55,726 bases of DNA from NCBI GenBank assembly GCA_021731625.1, contig JAKFXC010000046.1, positions 1 through 55,726 of the forward strand, in the 5' to 3' direction. The DNA is from Candidatus Omnitrophota bacterium. GTDB taxonomy: Bacteria; Omnitrophota; Gorgyraeia; Zapsychrales; Fredricksoniimonadaceae. The notes beneath the pieces were generated by a model. It was not told where the DNA came from and ran no database searches. It was given only the letters and a program-made list of their open reading frames with translations. A program made the position numbers and the translations under genes. Below, piece after piece: positions 8,641 through 20,781 of the stretch; positions within the stretch are counted from its first letter, which is position 1; each line of letters starts with the position of its first letter.

Positions 8641-11600
8641 ATGCTTGAAAAATCCTTACGCATTCTCTTAATTATTGCTCTGACCTGTACGACTTTGCCC
8701 GTCGCAAAAGTCCAGGCCCAGCCCTTGCTTGGTCTGTCCGAACCGGGAAGCATGGTCAATGTAAGCCCGGCGTTTCAGCCCCCCATCATCAAGGGCCTGA
8801 CCGTGCACAAAGACAATCCTTTCCTGTTTGATTTTATCGTCGATGTCGGGCAGGAGAAACTCTCCGGTGTGCCCTTGAAAGCCGAAAGCGAAAAGTTGAT
8901 TAAGTGCTTTTTAGCGTCGCTTGCCATCCCGGAGAAAGATTTATGGGTCAACCTTTCGCCGTATGAAAAAGACCGCACCATTCCCGAGGCCTTGAGCCAA
9001 ACCGACATGGGCCGCGACTTGCTGGCGCAGGATTATGTCCTTAAGCAACTCACGGCGTCGCTCATTTATCCCGAAAAAGAATTGGGCAAGGCCTTTTGGG
9101 ACCAAGTTTATGCCAAGGCCCAGCAAATGTATGGCAGCAGTGTCCAGCTGCCCGTCAACACGTTTAATAAAGTCTGGATCATGGCGGACAAGGCCGATGT
9201 CTTTGAACGCAATCAAACTGTATTTGTGGTCGAGGGCCATCTGAAGGTTATGCTGGAAGAGGATTACGTAGCGCTCAATAAGAACAACAAAAGCGCTACG
9301 TCCCCGAAGGGGACTACCGCCTCCCCGCAGGGGACTACTGCAAAAAATAGCAGCACCCAAATTCTGAAGGAAGTCATCCTGCCCGAGCTGGAAAAGGAAG
9401 TCAATACCGGCAAGAATTTTGCCAATCTGAGGCAGATATTCAATTCACTCATTCTGGCCAGCTGGTACAAGAAGAACCTTAAAGAGGCGCTGCTCAATCA
9501 AGTCTACGCTGATCAAAGCAAAGTCCAAGGCATTGATATTCAGGACAAGGCCGTCCAGGAACAAATCTACGAGCGCTACCTTGAGGCGTACAAGAAAGGC
9601 GTGTTTAACTACATCAAACAAGATGTGCACAACGGCCAAGCCGTGCTCAGGAAATATTTCTCCGGCGGTTTGGAAATCGCCAGAGATTTAAATCCGGCCC
9701 AAATTTCAGAGGACCAATTTAAAAAGAAATTTTCAATCGACAATGCCTTGGTCAGCGTCGCCGCAGGGGTGGACACTCAGGACACAGATGCGGCCATGGA
9801 GACTAATCCGAAGGTTATCGGTGTGACAATCGGTCGGGAAAAGTATAGGGAGGAATTCTTATCGTCGGATGTTTTATTCATGATTGGGCAAATTAAGGAC
9901 GTGGTCAATAGCACAATGTCCATCGCTCCGGAGGGGATACTTTTTCCTGAAGGCATCGAGGACCCGATGGCACACTTTAACGATATTGGGGAGAAATATG
10001 TCCAAGCGGGACACCAAGGTTGGGAATACGAAAAATTGGATGGGATTTGGATGGCTTTGGACGAGGAAATGGGCCTGACAAACGCACCGGCGGCGAAAGC
10101 AGCGGAAATTTTGCGAGATCTTGATAAAATGAAACTGAAAATTGAGAAGGACCAGCGCAAAAAGGCGATGGTCGTACAGAGACCAGATGGGATAACCGCT
10201 CTGATACCGCCCAAAGATCCCAACAAGGCCATGCTCATCAAAGAGAACCTTAAGAAGGCCTGGCCGGTGCTGCACAAGCATGGGATCTTGCTGTTCACCC
10301 AGGAAAATAACGCCGCCTTTCAATTGGATTTTGCAATGGTTGCTGCAGGCAAGAAAGTTTCGGCGTTGGCCCTCGCGCTTTGGACCCTGCTTGCGCAGGA
10401 CCCCCTGGATTTAATCCAAGTGCACACCTTGGCTGCCCAATATGGCCGGCCGCCACGAACTGTCAATTTTCTCGAGGACAATCCTGTCCCCTATTTTGAT
10501 AAGTATGGATTGGAAAGAATGGCCGCTGGGGTGGGGGAATTAATATTTGAAGACGGTCAATTGTCGCAAAGGCCAATACCATCTGAGGACAGCCGCAAAG
10601 CCGTAGAGGCGCTTTTGAAAGCCAATCGAGAAAACCAATGGACGGATGAAGAGGCACTCGCTTTTTTAAAAAGCATTGACATGTTCCATTGGGGGTCGGA
10701 CCGGCGGAAGATGATCGAAACCACGTTTGCGCAGGCAAAGCCAGAGGTTTATGCCGCATATGAACAATATCTGGGCAAAAACGAGTTCGACCGCATGGTC
10801 GCTGACCCGAATATGTATGCTCTGCACTTCCCGCAAGACGAAGTCAGGGCCCAGGCCGCTGTGGACATACTGGTCAAATACATTCCACCTAACAATGTTC
10901 CTACCCAAGAGATCATCAAACGCTTTTTGGTCGAAGAGGAATATATTGATCAGGCAGGACGCCGCAGGTCAATCATTGACGATGTGCGCGGTTTTTATGC
11001 CGATCTGGGCAACCGTCTGCACAAGGCAGAGAAGCTTAATGAATTCCCCAACATTTTAATACAACAGGAACAGGCCAAACAAAAACGATTGAGGGAGCTG
11101 CACAGCGGCAGCGATGGCTGGAAGAGGGCGGTGCAGACAGGCATCGTGCGCATCACAGACAAGGGCAACCGCATCACCTTAAGTCCGCCTGCGTCGCCGG
11201 AGCTGGAGCGATTGATGAAACAGGTGAAGGCAAGCGGCATTCCCGAAGGTGTTAGCGTCCAGTCTTCTGGCCAAGGCAGCTGGATGATCACCGGGCCTTT
11301 TAGCTCCAAGGACCGTTTGGCCATCGAGCGTCACTTGAAAAATTCCCAAGGGGCGGACACAGGCATGTTGTCGGCAGAGACCTTGGCAGTGTTACTTGTG
11401 GCGGGATACTTGGTCTTACGCTGGTCGGTGCATATTGTGGAGGGAATAGAGACGACGCAGTTTTTAATCAAGGCAGTGCAATTTTACCACAATCCGAATG
11501 AGCATTCTGAGCAACGCGCGGAGGTCATCATGGAGGCCGCTACAGAGTTTTTTGTGCACAGTTACTTCATGCGCGTTCCTCATCCCGAGACATTGGCCTT

Positions 11601-12666
11601 TTTGAATGATATCGTCGCCCGAGAAATACATTTCAGCGCCAAACTGACAGGGGTCCCTCAGGCAACCACCAGCATGGCGGTGCAGCAAATCGCCTGGAGG
11701 GTCCTTGCCCATTATCATTTGATTGGCCAATATCCGCGGTTTACGTGGTTGAAAACACAGATTTTGGCTTCCGAAGACCCTCTGATCAGCGATTATTTTA
11801 AAGCATTTGTGCGCAAGTATCGTCCCGCGACAGGAACAAATACCCTTGACACCATACGGGCCAAGTATGAGGCGATGTATCAGTTGGGAGTCTTGGATCA
11901 AAAGGAGATTTTTGACATGCTGTCATTGGTTGCGACCTCCATGGTCGGTGAACGTTTGACATTTGCCATGAACAGGGGGACGCTGATTGTCCGACTTCCA
12001 GTCTTTCAGAAATCACCTTATGTCAAAGACCTGGAAAAATTGGAACGATTGGTCCAAGCGATGCCGGCCCTGGCTTCCATTCAAATAGCCCGAGTGCACG
12101 ACCAGAGAAACCGAGATTCGCATATTCAGCTGGACTTTAACCTTATGGACACCGAACGAGGGGTGGCAAACTCGTTTGTCCTTGGCTTACTGATCATGAT
12201 TGTCAAAAATAAATTTCTGGGAGATTATTCAGCCACAAATTTGGAGATTCCGGTGCTGACGAAATTTATTCAATTTGCGAGTGTTCTTGAGACGCTTCCA
12301 GCGCAGAAGCTGGCGGATAAATTCCTTCAAATATTTCCTTTTACGGAGGATTCGGAAAGATTTTTAAATGCTCGTTGGCGCCAACGGGACCTGTCTTCGC
12401 CCTCGGGGGTATTAGAGCTGCACTTATTGCAAAGCATAATCGATAAGACCTGGTTGAACGACGCGGCTATGGACGCAGGGCCGGGCGGTATTGATTTGAA
12501 CATAGCAGCCAAGGGCCTGAATCTCCATAAAGCAGGAACCGGCGTCATCATGAATGTGGACCCTGTCATGCTTAAGCGCTACCAGCAGGAAGGCATCGAG
12601 CGCTTGTCTCCTGTGATATTTTCCGTCACTCCGGTTGCCAGCATTTGGCCCCTGCTGGGCCTGTAA
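8641..12666 (+). CDS. Paralog P2 (largest, about 1341 aa) of the unrecognised secreted family.
   Basis: Signal peptide MLEKSLRILLIIALTCTTLPVAKVQA|QP. The N-block (LGLSEPGSMV..KYFSGG) is very close to P1/P4. A variable core of about 930 aa follows. The tail is NDAAMDAGPGGIDLN..DPVMLKRYQQEGIERLSPVIFSVTPVASIWPLLGL. Confidence 0.9.
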   Translation: MLEKSLRILLIIALTCTTLPVAKVQAQPLLGLSEPGSMVNVSPAFQPPIIKGLTVHKDNPFLFDFIVDVGQEKLSGVPLKAESEKLIKCFLASLAIPEKDLWVNLSPYEKDRTIPEALSQTDMGRDLLAQDYVLKQLTASLIYPEKELGKAFWDQVYAKAQQMYGSSVQLPVNTFNKVWIMADKADVFERNQTVFVVEGHLKVMLEEDYVALNKNNKSATSPKGTTASPQGTTAKNSSTQILKEVILPELEKEVNTGKNFANLRQIFNSLILASWYKKNLKEALLNQVYADQSKVQGIDIQDKAVQEQIYERYLEAYKKGVFNYIKQDVHNGQAVLRKYFSGGLEIARDLNPAQISEDQFKKKFSIDNALVSVAAGVDTQDTDAAMETNPKVIGVTIGREKYREEFLSSDVLFMIGQIKDVVNSTMSIAPEGILFPEGIEDPMAHFNDIGEKYVQAGHQGWEYEKLDGIWMALDEEMGLTNAPAAKAAEILRDLDKMKLKIEKDQRKKAMVVQRPDGITALIPPKDPNKAMLIKENLKKAWPVLHKHGILLFTQENNAAFQLDFAMVAAGKKVSALALALWTLLAQDPLDLIQVHTLAAQYGRPPRTVNFLEDNPVPYFDKYGLERMAAGVGELIFEDGQLSQRPIPSEDSRKAVEALLKANRENQWTDEEALAFLKSIDMFHWGSDRRKMIETTFAQAKPEVYAAYEQYLGKNEFDRMVADPNMYALHFPQDEVRAQAAVDILVKYIPPNNVPTQEIIKRFLVEEEYIDQAGRRRSIIDDVRGFYADLGNRLHKAEKLNEFPNILIQQEQAKQKRLRELHSGSDGWKRAVQTGIVRITDKGNRITLSPPASPELERLMKQVKASGIPEGVSVQSSGQGSWMITGPFSSKDRLAIERHLKNSQGADTGMLSAETLAVLLVAGYLVLRWSVHIVEGIETTQFLIKAVQFYHNPNEHSEQRAEVIMEAATEFFVHSYFMRVPHPETLAFLNDIVAREIHFSAKLTGVPQATTSMAVQQIAWRVLAHYHLIGQYPRFTWLKTQILASEDPLISDYFKAFVRKYRPATGTNTLDTIRAKYEAMYQLGVLDQKEIFDMLSLVATSMVGERLTFAMNRGTLIVRLPVFQKSPYVKDLEKLERLVQAMPALASIQIARVHDQRNRDSHIQLDFNLMDTERGVANSFVLGLLIMIVKNKFLGDYSATNLEIPVLTKFIQFASVLETLPAQKLADKFLQIFPFTEDSERFLNARWRQRDLSSPSGVLELHLLQSIIDKTWLNDAAMDAGPGGIDLNIAAKGLNLHKAGTGVIMNVDPVMLKRYQQEGIERLSPVIFSVTPVASIWPLLGL

Positions 12667-12672
12667 TTTCCA

Positions 12673-12701
12673 TTGATTTTCCCTCCAAAAATATATAAAA
12701 T
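12673..12701 (+). promoter_or_regulatory. Possible sigma70-type promoter for gltBD.
   Basis: TTGATT (12673-12678), a 17-nt spacer, then TAAAAT (12696-12701). No terminator was seen between P2 and gltB, so read-through is equally possible. Confidence 0.35.
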
Positions 12702-12778
12702 GCTTTGCTCTAAAGGTGTGCGCAAAAGTCTGTAACCCACCTAAATTCAAGCGATTTGATTTCTAAAAAGAAGAATAT

Positions 12779-15700
12779 ATGGGCCTTCCTGCAAAACAAG
12801 GTTTGTACGATCCAGAGCGTGAGCATGATAGCTGCGGGGTGGGTTTTATTGTCCATACCAAGGGCAAAAAATCCCATGACATCATCCGCAATGGTGTGCA
12901 AATCCTGGAAAATTTAAGCCACCGCGGGGCCTGCGGCTGTGATCCGGAAACTGGAGATGGGGCCGGGATCATGATGCAGATGCCTGATGCGTTTCTGCGC
13001 AAGGAAATGGCCAAACAGGACATTACGTTGCCACCGGAGGGCGACTATGCCTGCGGTCTGGTGTTTTTACCTACCTCTTTGGAAGACCGCAACAAGATCG
13101 AGCAGTGGACGGAACACATTATTCATGAGGAGGGCCAAAAACTGTTGGGCTGGCGCACGGTGCCGCACGATTCCACCAAGATTGGCCACGTGGCCCGCTC
13201 CGTAGAACCCGAGTTCAAACAGCTGTTCATCGCCCGCGGCAAAAAAACCAAACCGGAAGATTTTGACCGCAAGCTCTATGTGGTCCGCAAGCGTTTGTAC
13301 AATCGCGTCATGGAATCTACGCTGCCGCAGAAGAATTATTATTATTTTTGTTCGCTCAACAGCCACACCCTGGTGTACAAGGGGCAGCTGATGGCCGAAC
13401 AGCTCGACCGTTTTTTTCTGGACTTGGCCGACGAGACTATGGTCTCGGCCCTGGCGCTTATCCATTCGCGCTATTCTACCAATACCTTTCCCAGCTGGGC
13501 CTTGGCGCATCCGTACCGTTATGTGGCCCACAACGGCGAGATCAATACCTTGCGCGGCAACATCAACTGGATGCATGCGCGAGAGAAACAATTCATTTCC
13601 ACGGCCTTCGGCGCAGATTTAAAGAAAGTCCTGCCCATCGTGGTGCCGCATGGGTCGGACACAGCCACCTTTGATAACGTGCTGGAAATGCTGGTTCTCT
13701 CCGGCCGGTCGCTGCCGCATGCCATGATGATGATGATCCCCGAGGCGTGGAGCGGGCATCAGGACATGGATCCTTTAAAGAAGGCCTTTTATGAATACCA
13801 TTCGTGCTTCATGGAGCCCTGGGACGGTCCAGCGGACATATCATTTTCCGACGGGCGTTACGTGGGAGCGGTGCTTGACCGCAACGGCCTGCGCCCGGCC
13901 CGCTATGTGCTGACCAGCGATGATATCGTAATCATGGCCTCGGAAGCCGGCGTGTTGCCGGTGGACCAGGCCAGGGTGCTTAAAAAAGGACGCCTGCAGC
14001 CGGGCAAAATGTTTTTGGTCGACATCAAGGCCGGCCGCATCATCGACGACAAGGAACTCAAGGAAGACTACGCGTCGCGCCAGCCGTATGGTGCGTGGTT
14101 AAAGGACAACATTGTGGATTTGCGGGCGTTGCCCCAGCCCCAAAAAGTGCCGGGCCTGCATAAGCGGACATTGCTGGAACGCCAGCGCGCCTTTGGCTAT
14201 TCATTGGAAGATGTGAAAATGCTGCTCATGCCTATGGCTTTGGGTGAGGAAGCCACCGGCTCGATGGGCACTGACATTCCCTTGGCGGTGTTCTCCGACC
14301 AGCCCAAACTTTTGTATGACTATTTTAAGCAGCTCTTCGCCCAGGTGACCAATCCGCCCATTGATGCCATCCGTGAGGAGATCATTATGGCGGAGGATAT
14401 GATGTTGGGGCCTGAGGGCAATTTGCTCGATGAGACCCCGGCCCACGCGCACCGGCTGTGGATCCAGCGGCCCATTTTGACCAATGAGGAACTGGCGAAG
14501 ATCGCCGCCTTAGACAATGGTTCTTTAAAAAGCGCTCTCATTCCGATGCTGTTTAAGAAGGAAGCCGGTCCGGCGGGGCTGGAGACGGCGCTGCAGGAAA
14601 TTTTCAAAAAAGCGGACGAGGCCATGGCCCAGGGCCGCAGCATTCTTATTTTGTCCGATCGCGGCATTTCTACCAAAGAGGTGCCGATTCCGTCGCTGTT
14701 GGCCGGTGCCGGCTTGCACCATCATCTCATCCGCCAGGGCACCCGCACCAAAGTGAGTTTGGTTTTAGAAAGCGGCGAGGCCCGGGAGCTGCACCATTTT
14801 GCGGCCTTGATCGGCTATGGCGCCAATGCCATCAATCCCTATTTGGTTTTTGAGACCCTCGAGTCTTTAATCGACGAGGAGCAATTCGAAGAAAAAATCC
14901 TGTTTAAGGACGCGCAGAAGAATTTTCTGAAGGCCTGCCACAAGGGACTGTACAAAATCATTTCCAAAATGGGGATCTCTACCATCCAGTCGTATTGCGG
15001 AGCGCAGATTTTTGAGGCGGTGGGCTTAGGCGAGTCCATCATTGACAAATACTTCACAGCCACGTCCTCGCGCATCGGCGGCATCGACGTTTTGACTGTG
15101 GCGCAGGAAGCGCTCAACCGCCACCAGCGGGGCTATCCGCTGCTTCCTGATGCCGACCACATGCTCGATGAGGGTGGGGACTATGCCTGGCGCAAAGAGG
15201 GAGAATACCATCAATTAAATCCGACAACGATTGCGTTATTGCAACACGCGGTGCGTTCGGGCAACTATAAGGTGTTTAAGCAATATTCAAAATCGGTGAA
15301 TGAGCAAAATCAAGGGATCGCCAACATCCGCGGTCTGATGAAATTTCGCACCGGGCATCCGGTCCCTATTGCCGAGGTGGAGCCCGCTGCTGAGATTGTC
15401 AAACGTTTTGCCACCGGAGCCATGAGTTATGGGTCTATTTCCAAAGAAGCGCATGAGACGCTCGCCATTGCCATGAACCGTTTGGGCGGTTTTTCCAATA
15501 CCGGCGAAGGCGGGGAAGACCCGGTGCGTTTTAAGAAAGACCCCAACGGCGACTGGCGGCGCAGCCGCATCAAGCAAGTGGCCCAGGGCCGCTTCGGGGT
15601 GACCATAGAATATTTGGTCAATGCCGACCAGCTGCAGATCAAAATGGCGCAAGGCGCCAAGCCAGGTGAGGGCGGGCAACTGCCGGGCCATAAAGTTTCC

Positions 15701-17317
15701 AAGGAAATTGCCAGGACCCGTTACACCACGCCGGGAGTGGGCCTCATTTCGCCGCCGCCGCACCATGATATTTATTCGATCGAAGACCTGGCCCAGCTCA
15801 TCCACGACTTAAAAAATGCCAACAACCAAGCCATGGTATCGGTGAAATTGGTTTCCGAAGTAGGTGTGGGCACTGTTGCCGCCGGGGTTTCCAAAGGCAA
15901 AGCTGACCATGTGCTCATTTCAGGTTTTGAAGGCGGCACCGGCGCCTCGCCGCAAACGTCCATCAAACATGCCGGCCTGCCTATGGAGCTAGGCATTGCC
16001 GAAACCCAGCAGGTCTTGGTCATGAATGATTTGCGCGGCCGCATCCGGGTGCAGACCGACGGCCAGTTAAAGACCGGGCGGGACGTGGTGATCGCGGCCA
16101 TGCTGGGCGCCGATGAGTTCGGGTTTTCAACCACGGCGCTTATCACCATGGGCTGCATTTTACTGCGCAAATGCCATTTGAATACCTGTTCCGTCGGTGT
16201 GGCCACGCAAGACCCGCTGCTGCGGGAAAAATTTGACGGCAAGCCAGAGCATGTGATGAATTATTTCTTGTACATCGCCGAGGAAGTGCGGGAGATCATG
16301 GCGGAGTTAGGGATCCGCAAATTTGAAGACCTGGTGGGGCGGGTCGACTTGCTGGACACCAAAGACACCATCGAGCATTGGAAAGTCAAAGGGATTGACC
16401 TGACCAACATTTTGCACAAGCCCGACGTACCCAAAGGCGTGGCCATCCGCCACAGCAGCCGGCAGGACCATGGGCTGGAGAAGGCCCTGGACAATGAATT
16501 GATTGCGCGCTGCGCCGAGGCCATTGAGAAGCAAACACCTGTTAAGGTCACTGCCGCCATCCGTAATGTCAACCGCACCGCCGGCACCATGCTCTCGTCG
16601 GTGATTGCGCGCAAATACGGGTTGGCGGGTTTGCCGGATCACACCATTGGCATTGAGCTTTCCGGCGCGGCCGGGCAGAGCTTTGGGGCGTTTTTGGCGC
16701 ACGGGGTGACACTCACTTTGGAGGGCGAGGCCAATGATTATGTGGGCAAAGGGCTTTCCGGTGGACGCATCATCATTTACCCGCCTAAGGAAACCCAATT
16801 TGTGCCGGAAGAAAATATGATCGTCGGCAATGTGGTGCTGTACGGGGCGATCAGCGGCGAGGTGTTTTTTAGAGGCCTGGCCGGCGAACGTTTTGCGGTG
16901 CGCAACTCCGGCGCCCACGCGGTGGTCGAGGGCGTGGGGGACCACGGCTGCGAGTACATGACCGGCGGCCGCGTGGTGGTCTTAGGCCCCACCGGGCGCA
17001 ATTTTGCGGCCGGCATGTCGGGCGGCATTGCCTACGTGTGGGACAAACAGGGCCACTTTGCCAAGAATTGCAATTTAGGCATGGTGGAACTTTTCCCGGT
17101 CAAGCAAGCCAAAGACGTGGCTGAGCTGAAAGGGCTCGTCGAGAAACATGCGCGTTACACGCACAGCAGTGTGGGCGAGATGGTCCTTAAGGACTGGGCC
17201 AACGTGCTGCCGCAGTTTGTCAAAATTTATCCGCGCGACTACCGCCGGGTGCTGGAAGAGGCGGAAGCCATCAAGTCCCAGACCCCGGTCCCGACGGAAG
17301 CAAAGGCAGGCAAATAG
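12779..17317 (+). CDS. gltB: Glutamate synthase large subunit.
   Basis: N-terminal ..[11 protein letters not shown] (Ntn amidotransferase Cys), the FMN domain ..[16 protein letters not shown].., and a C-terminal GXGXG beta-helix. 1512 aa. Confidence 0.97.
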   Translation: MGLPAKQGLYDPEREHDSCGVGFIVHTKGKKSHDIIRNGVQILENLSHRGACGCDPETGDGAGIMMQMPDAFLRKEMAKQDITLPPEGDYACGLVFLPTSLEDRNKIEQWTEHIIHEEGQKLLGWRTVPHDSTKIGHVARSVEPEFKQLFIARGKKTKPEDFDRKLYVVRKRLYNRVMESTLPQKNYYYFCSLNSHTLVYKGQLMAEQLDRFFLDLADETMVSALALIHSRYSTNTFPSWALAHPYRYVAHNGEINTLRGNINWMHAREKQFISTAFGADLKKVLPIVVPHGSDTATFDNVLEMLVLSGRSLPHAMMMMIPEAWSGHQDMDPLKKAFYEYHSCFMEPWDGPADISFSDGRYVGAVLDRNGLRPARYVLTSDDIVIMASEAGVLPVDQARVLKKGRLQPGKMFLVDIKAGRIIDDKELKEDYASRQPYGAWLKDNIVDLRALPQPQKVPGLHKRTLLERQRAFGYSLEDVKMLLMPMALGEEATGSMGTDIPLAVFSDQPKLLYDYFKQLFAQVTNPPIDAIREEIIMAEDMMLGPEGNLLDETPAHAHRLWIQRPILTNEELAKIAALDNGSLKSALIPMLFKKEAGPAGLETALQEIFKKADEAMAQGRSILILSDRGISTKEVPIPSLLAGAGLHHHLIRQGTRTKVSLVLESGEARELHHFAALIGYGANAINPYLVFETLESLIDEEQFEEKILFKDAQKNFLKACHKGLYKIISKMGISTIQSYCGAQIFEAVGLGESIIDKYFTATSSRIGGIDVLTVAQEALNRHQRGYPLLPDADHMLDEGGDYAWRKEGEYHQLNPTTIALLQHAVRSGNYKVFKQYSKSVNEQNQGIANIRGLMKFRTGHPVPIAEVEPAAEIVKRFATGAMSYGSISKEAHETLAIAMNRLGGFSNTGEGGEDPVRFKKDPNGDWRRSRIKQVAQGRFGVTIEYLVNADQLQIKMAQGAKPGEGGQLPGHKVSKEIARTRYTTPGVGLISPPPHHDIYSIEDLAQLIHDLKNANNQAMVSVKLVSEVGVGTVAAGVSKGKADHVLISGFEGGTGASPQTSIKHAGLPMELGIAETQQVLVMNDLRGRIRVQTDGQLKTGRDVVIAAMLGADEFGFSTTALITMGCILLRKCHLNTCSVGVATQDPLLREKFDGKPEHVMNYFLYIAEEVREIMAELGIRKFEDLVGRVDLLDTKDTIEHWKVKGIDLTNILHKPDVPKGVAIRHSSRQDHGLEKALDNELIARCAEAIEKQTPVKVTAAIRNVNRTAGTMLSSVIARKYGLAGLPDHTIGIELSGAAGQSFGAFLAHGVTLTLEGEANDYVGKGLSGGRIIIYPPKETQFVPEENMIVGNVVLYGAISGEVFFRGLAGERFAVRNSGAHAVVEGVGDHGCEYMTGGRVVVLGPTGRNFAAGMSGGIAYVWDKQGHFAKNCNLGMVELFPVKQAKDVAELKGLVEKHARYTHSSVGEMVLKDWANVLPQFVKIYPRDYRRVLEEAEAIKSQTPVPTEAKAGK

Positions 17318-17320
17318 CCC

Positions 17321-18790
<1,470 letters not shown>

Positions 18791-18796
<6 letters not shown>

Positions 18797-18839
18797 GGGC
18801 CAGCCCCCTATTTAAAAATAGGGGGCTGGCCCCTATTTT
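18791..18839. terminator. Inverted pair of family-B REP-like units forming a bidirectional terminator after gltD.
   Basis: aaataggggccagccccctattt (18791-18813) and its exact reverse complement (about 18816-18839). This gives a stem of about 23 bp followed by tttt. The gltD stop TAG (18794-18796) lies inside the first unit. Confidence 0.8.
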
Positions 18840-18879
18840 GGGGCGATTACTAAAAGAGGATCATTCAAAGGAGAACGCT

Positions 18880-19419
18880 GTGAAAAAAATTTTTGTGTAT
18901 GCGGTTCTGGGTTTCGTGTTGGCCGGGTGCCAACCCAAAGAGCAGTCCAATACCCAAGAGACAACGGCCGCGGCGGACGTGGCGGAACAGCGCAAGGAAG
19001 CTGCCCGCCGGTTGACTGTCCAAGCCATGACCATGCTCGGCCAGAAAAATTATCAGGGCGCGCTGGGCAGTCTGGATGCCGCCATTAAGTTTGATCCCAC
19101 CAACCAGGACCCCTATTTGATTTTGGCCCAGATTTTGCTTAAGGCCGGCGAATATACCCGGGCCTCGGAATTCCTCGACGGCGCGGTCAAGGCCTTCCCG
19201 GACAACGGCACCTTGTTTTACATGATGGGCATCGCCCATAAAATGAGCGGCAAGAAATTGCCGGCCGTGCTGGCCGCCCGCCGCAGTTTTGAAATCTTTA
19301 AAAAAGCCAACCAGGCGGAAGACGCTGAAAAAGCCGCCGTGCTGTTGCAGCAAATCATCAATGCACCGGACACCTTAGACGACAACAGCCTTGCCAACAC
19401 CCATTCCAATGCGTCTTAA
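18880..19419 (+). CDS. TPR-repeat lipoprotein.
   Basis: GTG at 18880 follows AAGGAG (18868-18873). Lipobox VLGFVLAGC. TPR-like ..GALGSLDAAIKFDPTNQDPYLILAQILLKAGEY... The track ORF start at 18733 would run through the terminator. Confidence 0.75.
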   Translation: MKKIFVYAVLGFVLAGCQPKEQSNTQETTAAADVAEQRKEAARRLTVQAMTMLGQKNYQGALGSLDAAIKFDPTNQDPYLILAQILLKAGEYTRASEFLDGAVKAFPDNGTLFYMMGIAHKMSGKKLPAVLAARRSFEIFKKANQAEDAEKAAVLLQQIINAPDTLDDNSLANTHSNAS

Positions 19420-20071
19420 TATCATCCTTCTTTTAAGCGTTGTCTTGCTTCCACCGCCCGCCTGGGCGGAGCTCATCAAACTTAAGTCCGGCCAGACGGT
19501 GGAGGGGAAGATTGTTAAAGAACGAGGCGATTCCATTCTCGTCGACACCGGGATTGAAATGCCGGTGACCTATTTCCGCGACGAGATCAAAGAGATCTTG
19601 CCTGACCCTCCGGCGCAACCCGCCGCCCCTCAGCCCGACCAGCGCGGACGTGCCGATGCCCTGGAAGCCCGGGCCGTGGAACTCATCGATGAGGGGAAGA
19701 TGGACCAGGGGTTGGACCTCATCAACCAGGCGATCGCGCTGGATCCCTCTGCCCAACGGCACATGAATTACGGGAGCATTCTTTTTGGGAATGGCGTGGC
19801 GGACTTTAAAGGCGGCCGGCAGGACGAGGGAAAAGCCGTTTTGCAGAAAGCCGAGGATGAATTGAAAAAAGCCATCGCCAGCTTCGGCACCAAGACCGAT
19901 CCCTTGTTTCCGGCCCAATGCTATTTTTTGCTGGGAGAAATGTTCAAAAATGCTTTTGCCGACGAGTCGCAAGCCAGGGAGTTTTACCAAAAAGCCGTTG
20001 ATTTGGCCGGCCACGACGGTGCCAAGGCCGCCCTGGCCAAGCTTTCCCAACCCGCAGGAGGGGTGCAATGA
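19409..20071 (+). CDS. Secreted TPR-like protein.
   Basis: Signal peptide MRLNIILLLSVVLLPPPAWA|E, a Pro-rich linker, and TPR-like helices (..GLDLINQAIALDPS.., ..QAREFYQKAVDLAG..). It overlaps the previous stop. Confidence 0.7.
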   Translation: MRLNIILLLSVVLLPPPAWAELIKLKSGQTVEGKIVKERGDSILVDTGIEMPVTYFRDEIKEILPDPPAQPAAPQPDQRGRADALEARAVELIDEGKMDQGLDLINQAIALDPSAQRHMNYGSILFGNGVADFKGGRQDEGKAVLQKAEDELKKAIASFGTKTDPLFPAQCYFLLGEMFKNAFADESQAREFYQKAVDLAGHDGAKAALAKLSQPAGGVQ

Positions 20072-20718
20072 ACAAGAACATAGCTGCCATCATGGTTTTG
20101 GGGATCCTTGCCGCCGGATGTCAAACCATGTACCAGGCCACCATGGAAAAGTTTTTTGGCGTTGAAAAGAGGCAATTCCTCGAGGACGCGGTGGTGGCGG
20201 TGCGCAATGATCAGAAAAAAGCCCAGGAAGAATTTAAAGATGCCATGACCCAATTAAAGGAACTGTATGCGTTTGACGGAGGCCATTTAGAGGGGATGTA
20301 TAACAAGCTTAAAAAATCATATGAGGATTCCGAGAACCAGGCCACGAATGTCAGCAACCGCATTGAGAACATGCACCGCATTGCCGGTGCCATGTTTGCG
20401 GAATGGCAGCAGGAAACCAGGGAGTATCAAAATCCGACGTTCGCGGCCAACAGCAAACGTCAACTCAACGAAACCAAACAACGTTACAATAAACTTGTCG
20501 AATCGGTGAAGAATTCTGAGAAGGCCATGGTGCCTGTCTTAAGGCAATTGAAAGACCATGTTCTATATTTAAAGCATAATCTCAATGCCCAAGCCATTGG
20601 GTCCCTCAAAGTCGAAGCCAGCAACATCCAATCCCAGATTCAAGAAGTGATCCAGCACATGAACGCCTCCATCAATGAAGCCAATGCCTTTATTCAGGCA
20701 TTGACCAAAGGGGCATAA
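20068..20718 (+). CDS. Coiled-coil lipoprotein, possibly DUF2959-like.
   Basis: Lipobox LGILAAGC, then ..MYQATMEKFFGVEKRQFLEDAVVAVRNDQKKAQEEFKDAMTQLKEL.. resembles DUF2959 as I recall it. The family name is tentative. Confidence 0.7.
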   Translation: MNKNIAAIMVLGILAAGCQTMYQATMEKFFGVEKRQFLEDAVVAVRNDQKKAQEEFKDAMTQLKELYAFDGGHLEGMYNKLKKSYEDSENQATNVSNRIENMHRIAGAMFAEWQQETREYQNPTFAANSKRQLNETKQRYNKLVESVKNSEKAMVPVLRQLKDHVLYLKHNLNAQAIGSLKVEASNIQSQIQEVIQHMNASINEANAFIQALTKGA

Positions 20719-20744
20719 AAGCGCTTTCTGGAATCTCCCCTCCC

Positions 20745-20773
20745 TTGACGACGACCGCCGTATATGGCACACT
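20745..20773 (+). promoter_or_regulatory. P3 promoter: TTGACG-17-CACACT with an extended -10 TG. Predicts a leaderless or near-leaderless mRNA.
   Basis: -35 TTGACG (20745-20750), a 17-nt spacer, TG at 20765-20766, and hexamer 20768-20773. The ATG at 20782 is 9 nt past the hexamer end. Confidence 0.55.
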
Positions 20774-20781
20774 TTACTTAT

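Noticed and set aside
20761-20774. The TGGCAC in the paralog motif (tatatGGCACacttt), and TGGCAT at 8625-8630, looked like a sigma-54 -24 element.
   Set aside because: No GC/TTGC -12 element sits at the required 10-nt spacing in any copy. P1 and P4 have TGGTAT instead. The geometry fits an extended -10 with a 17-nt-spaced -35 much better.
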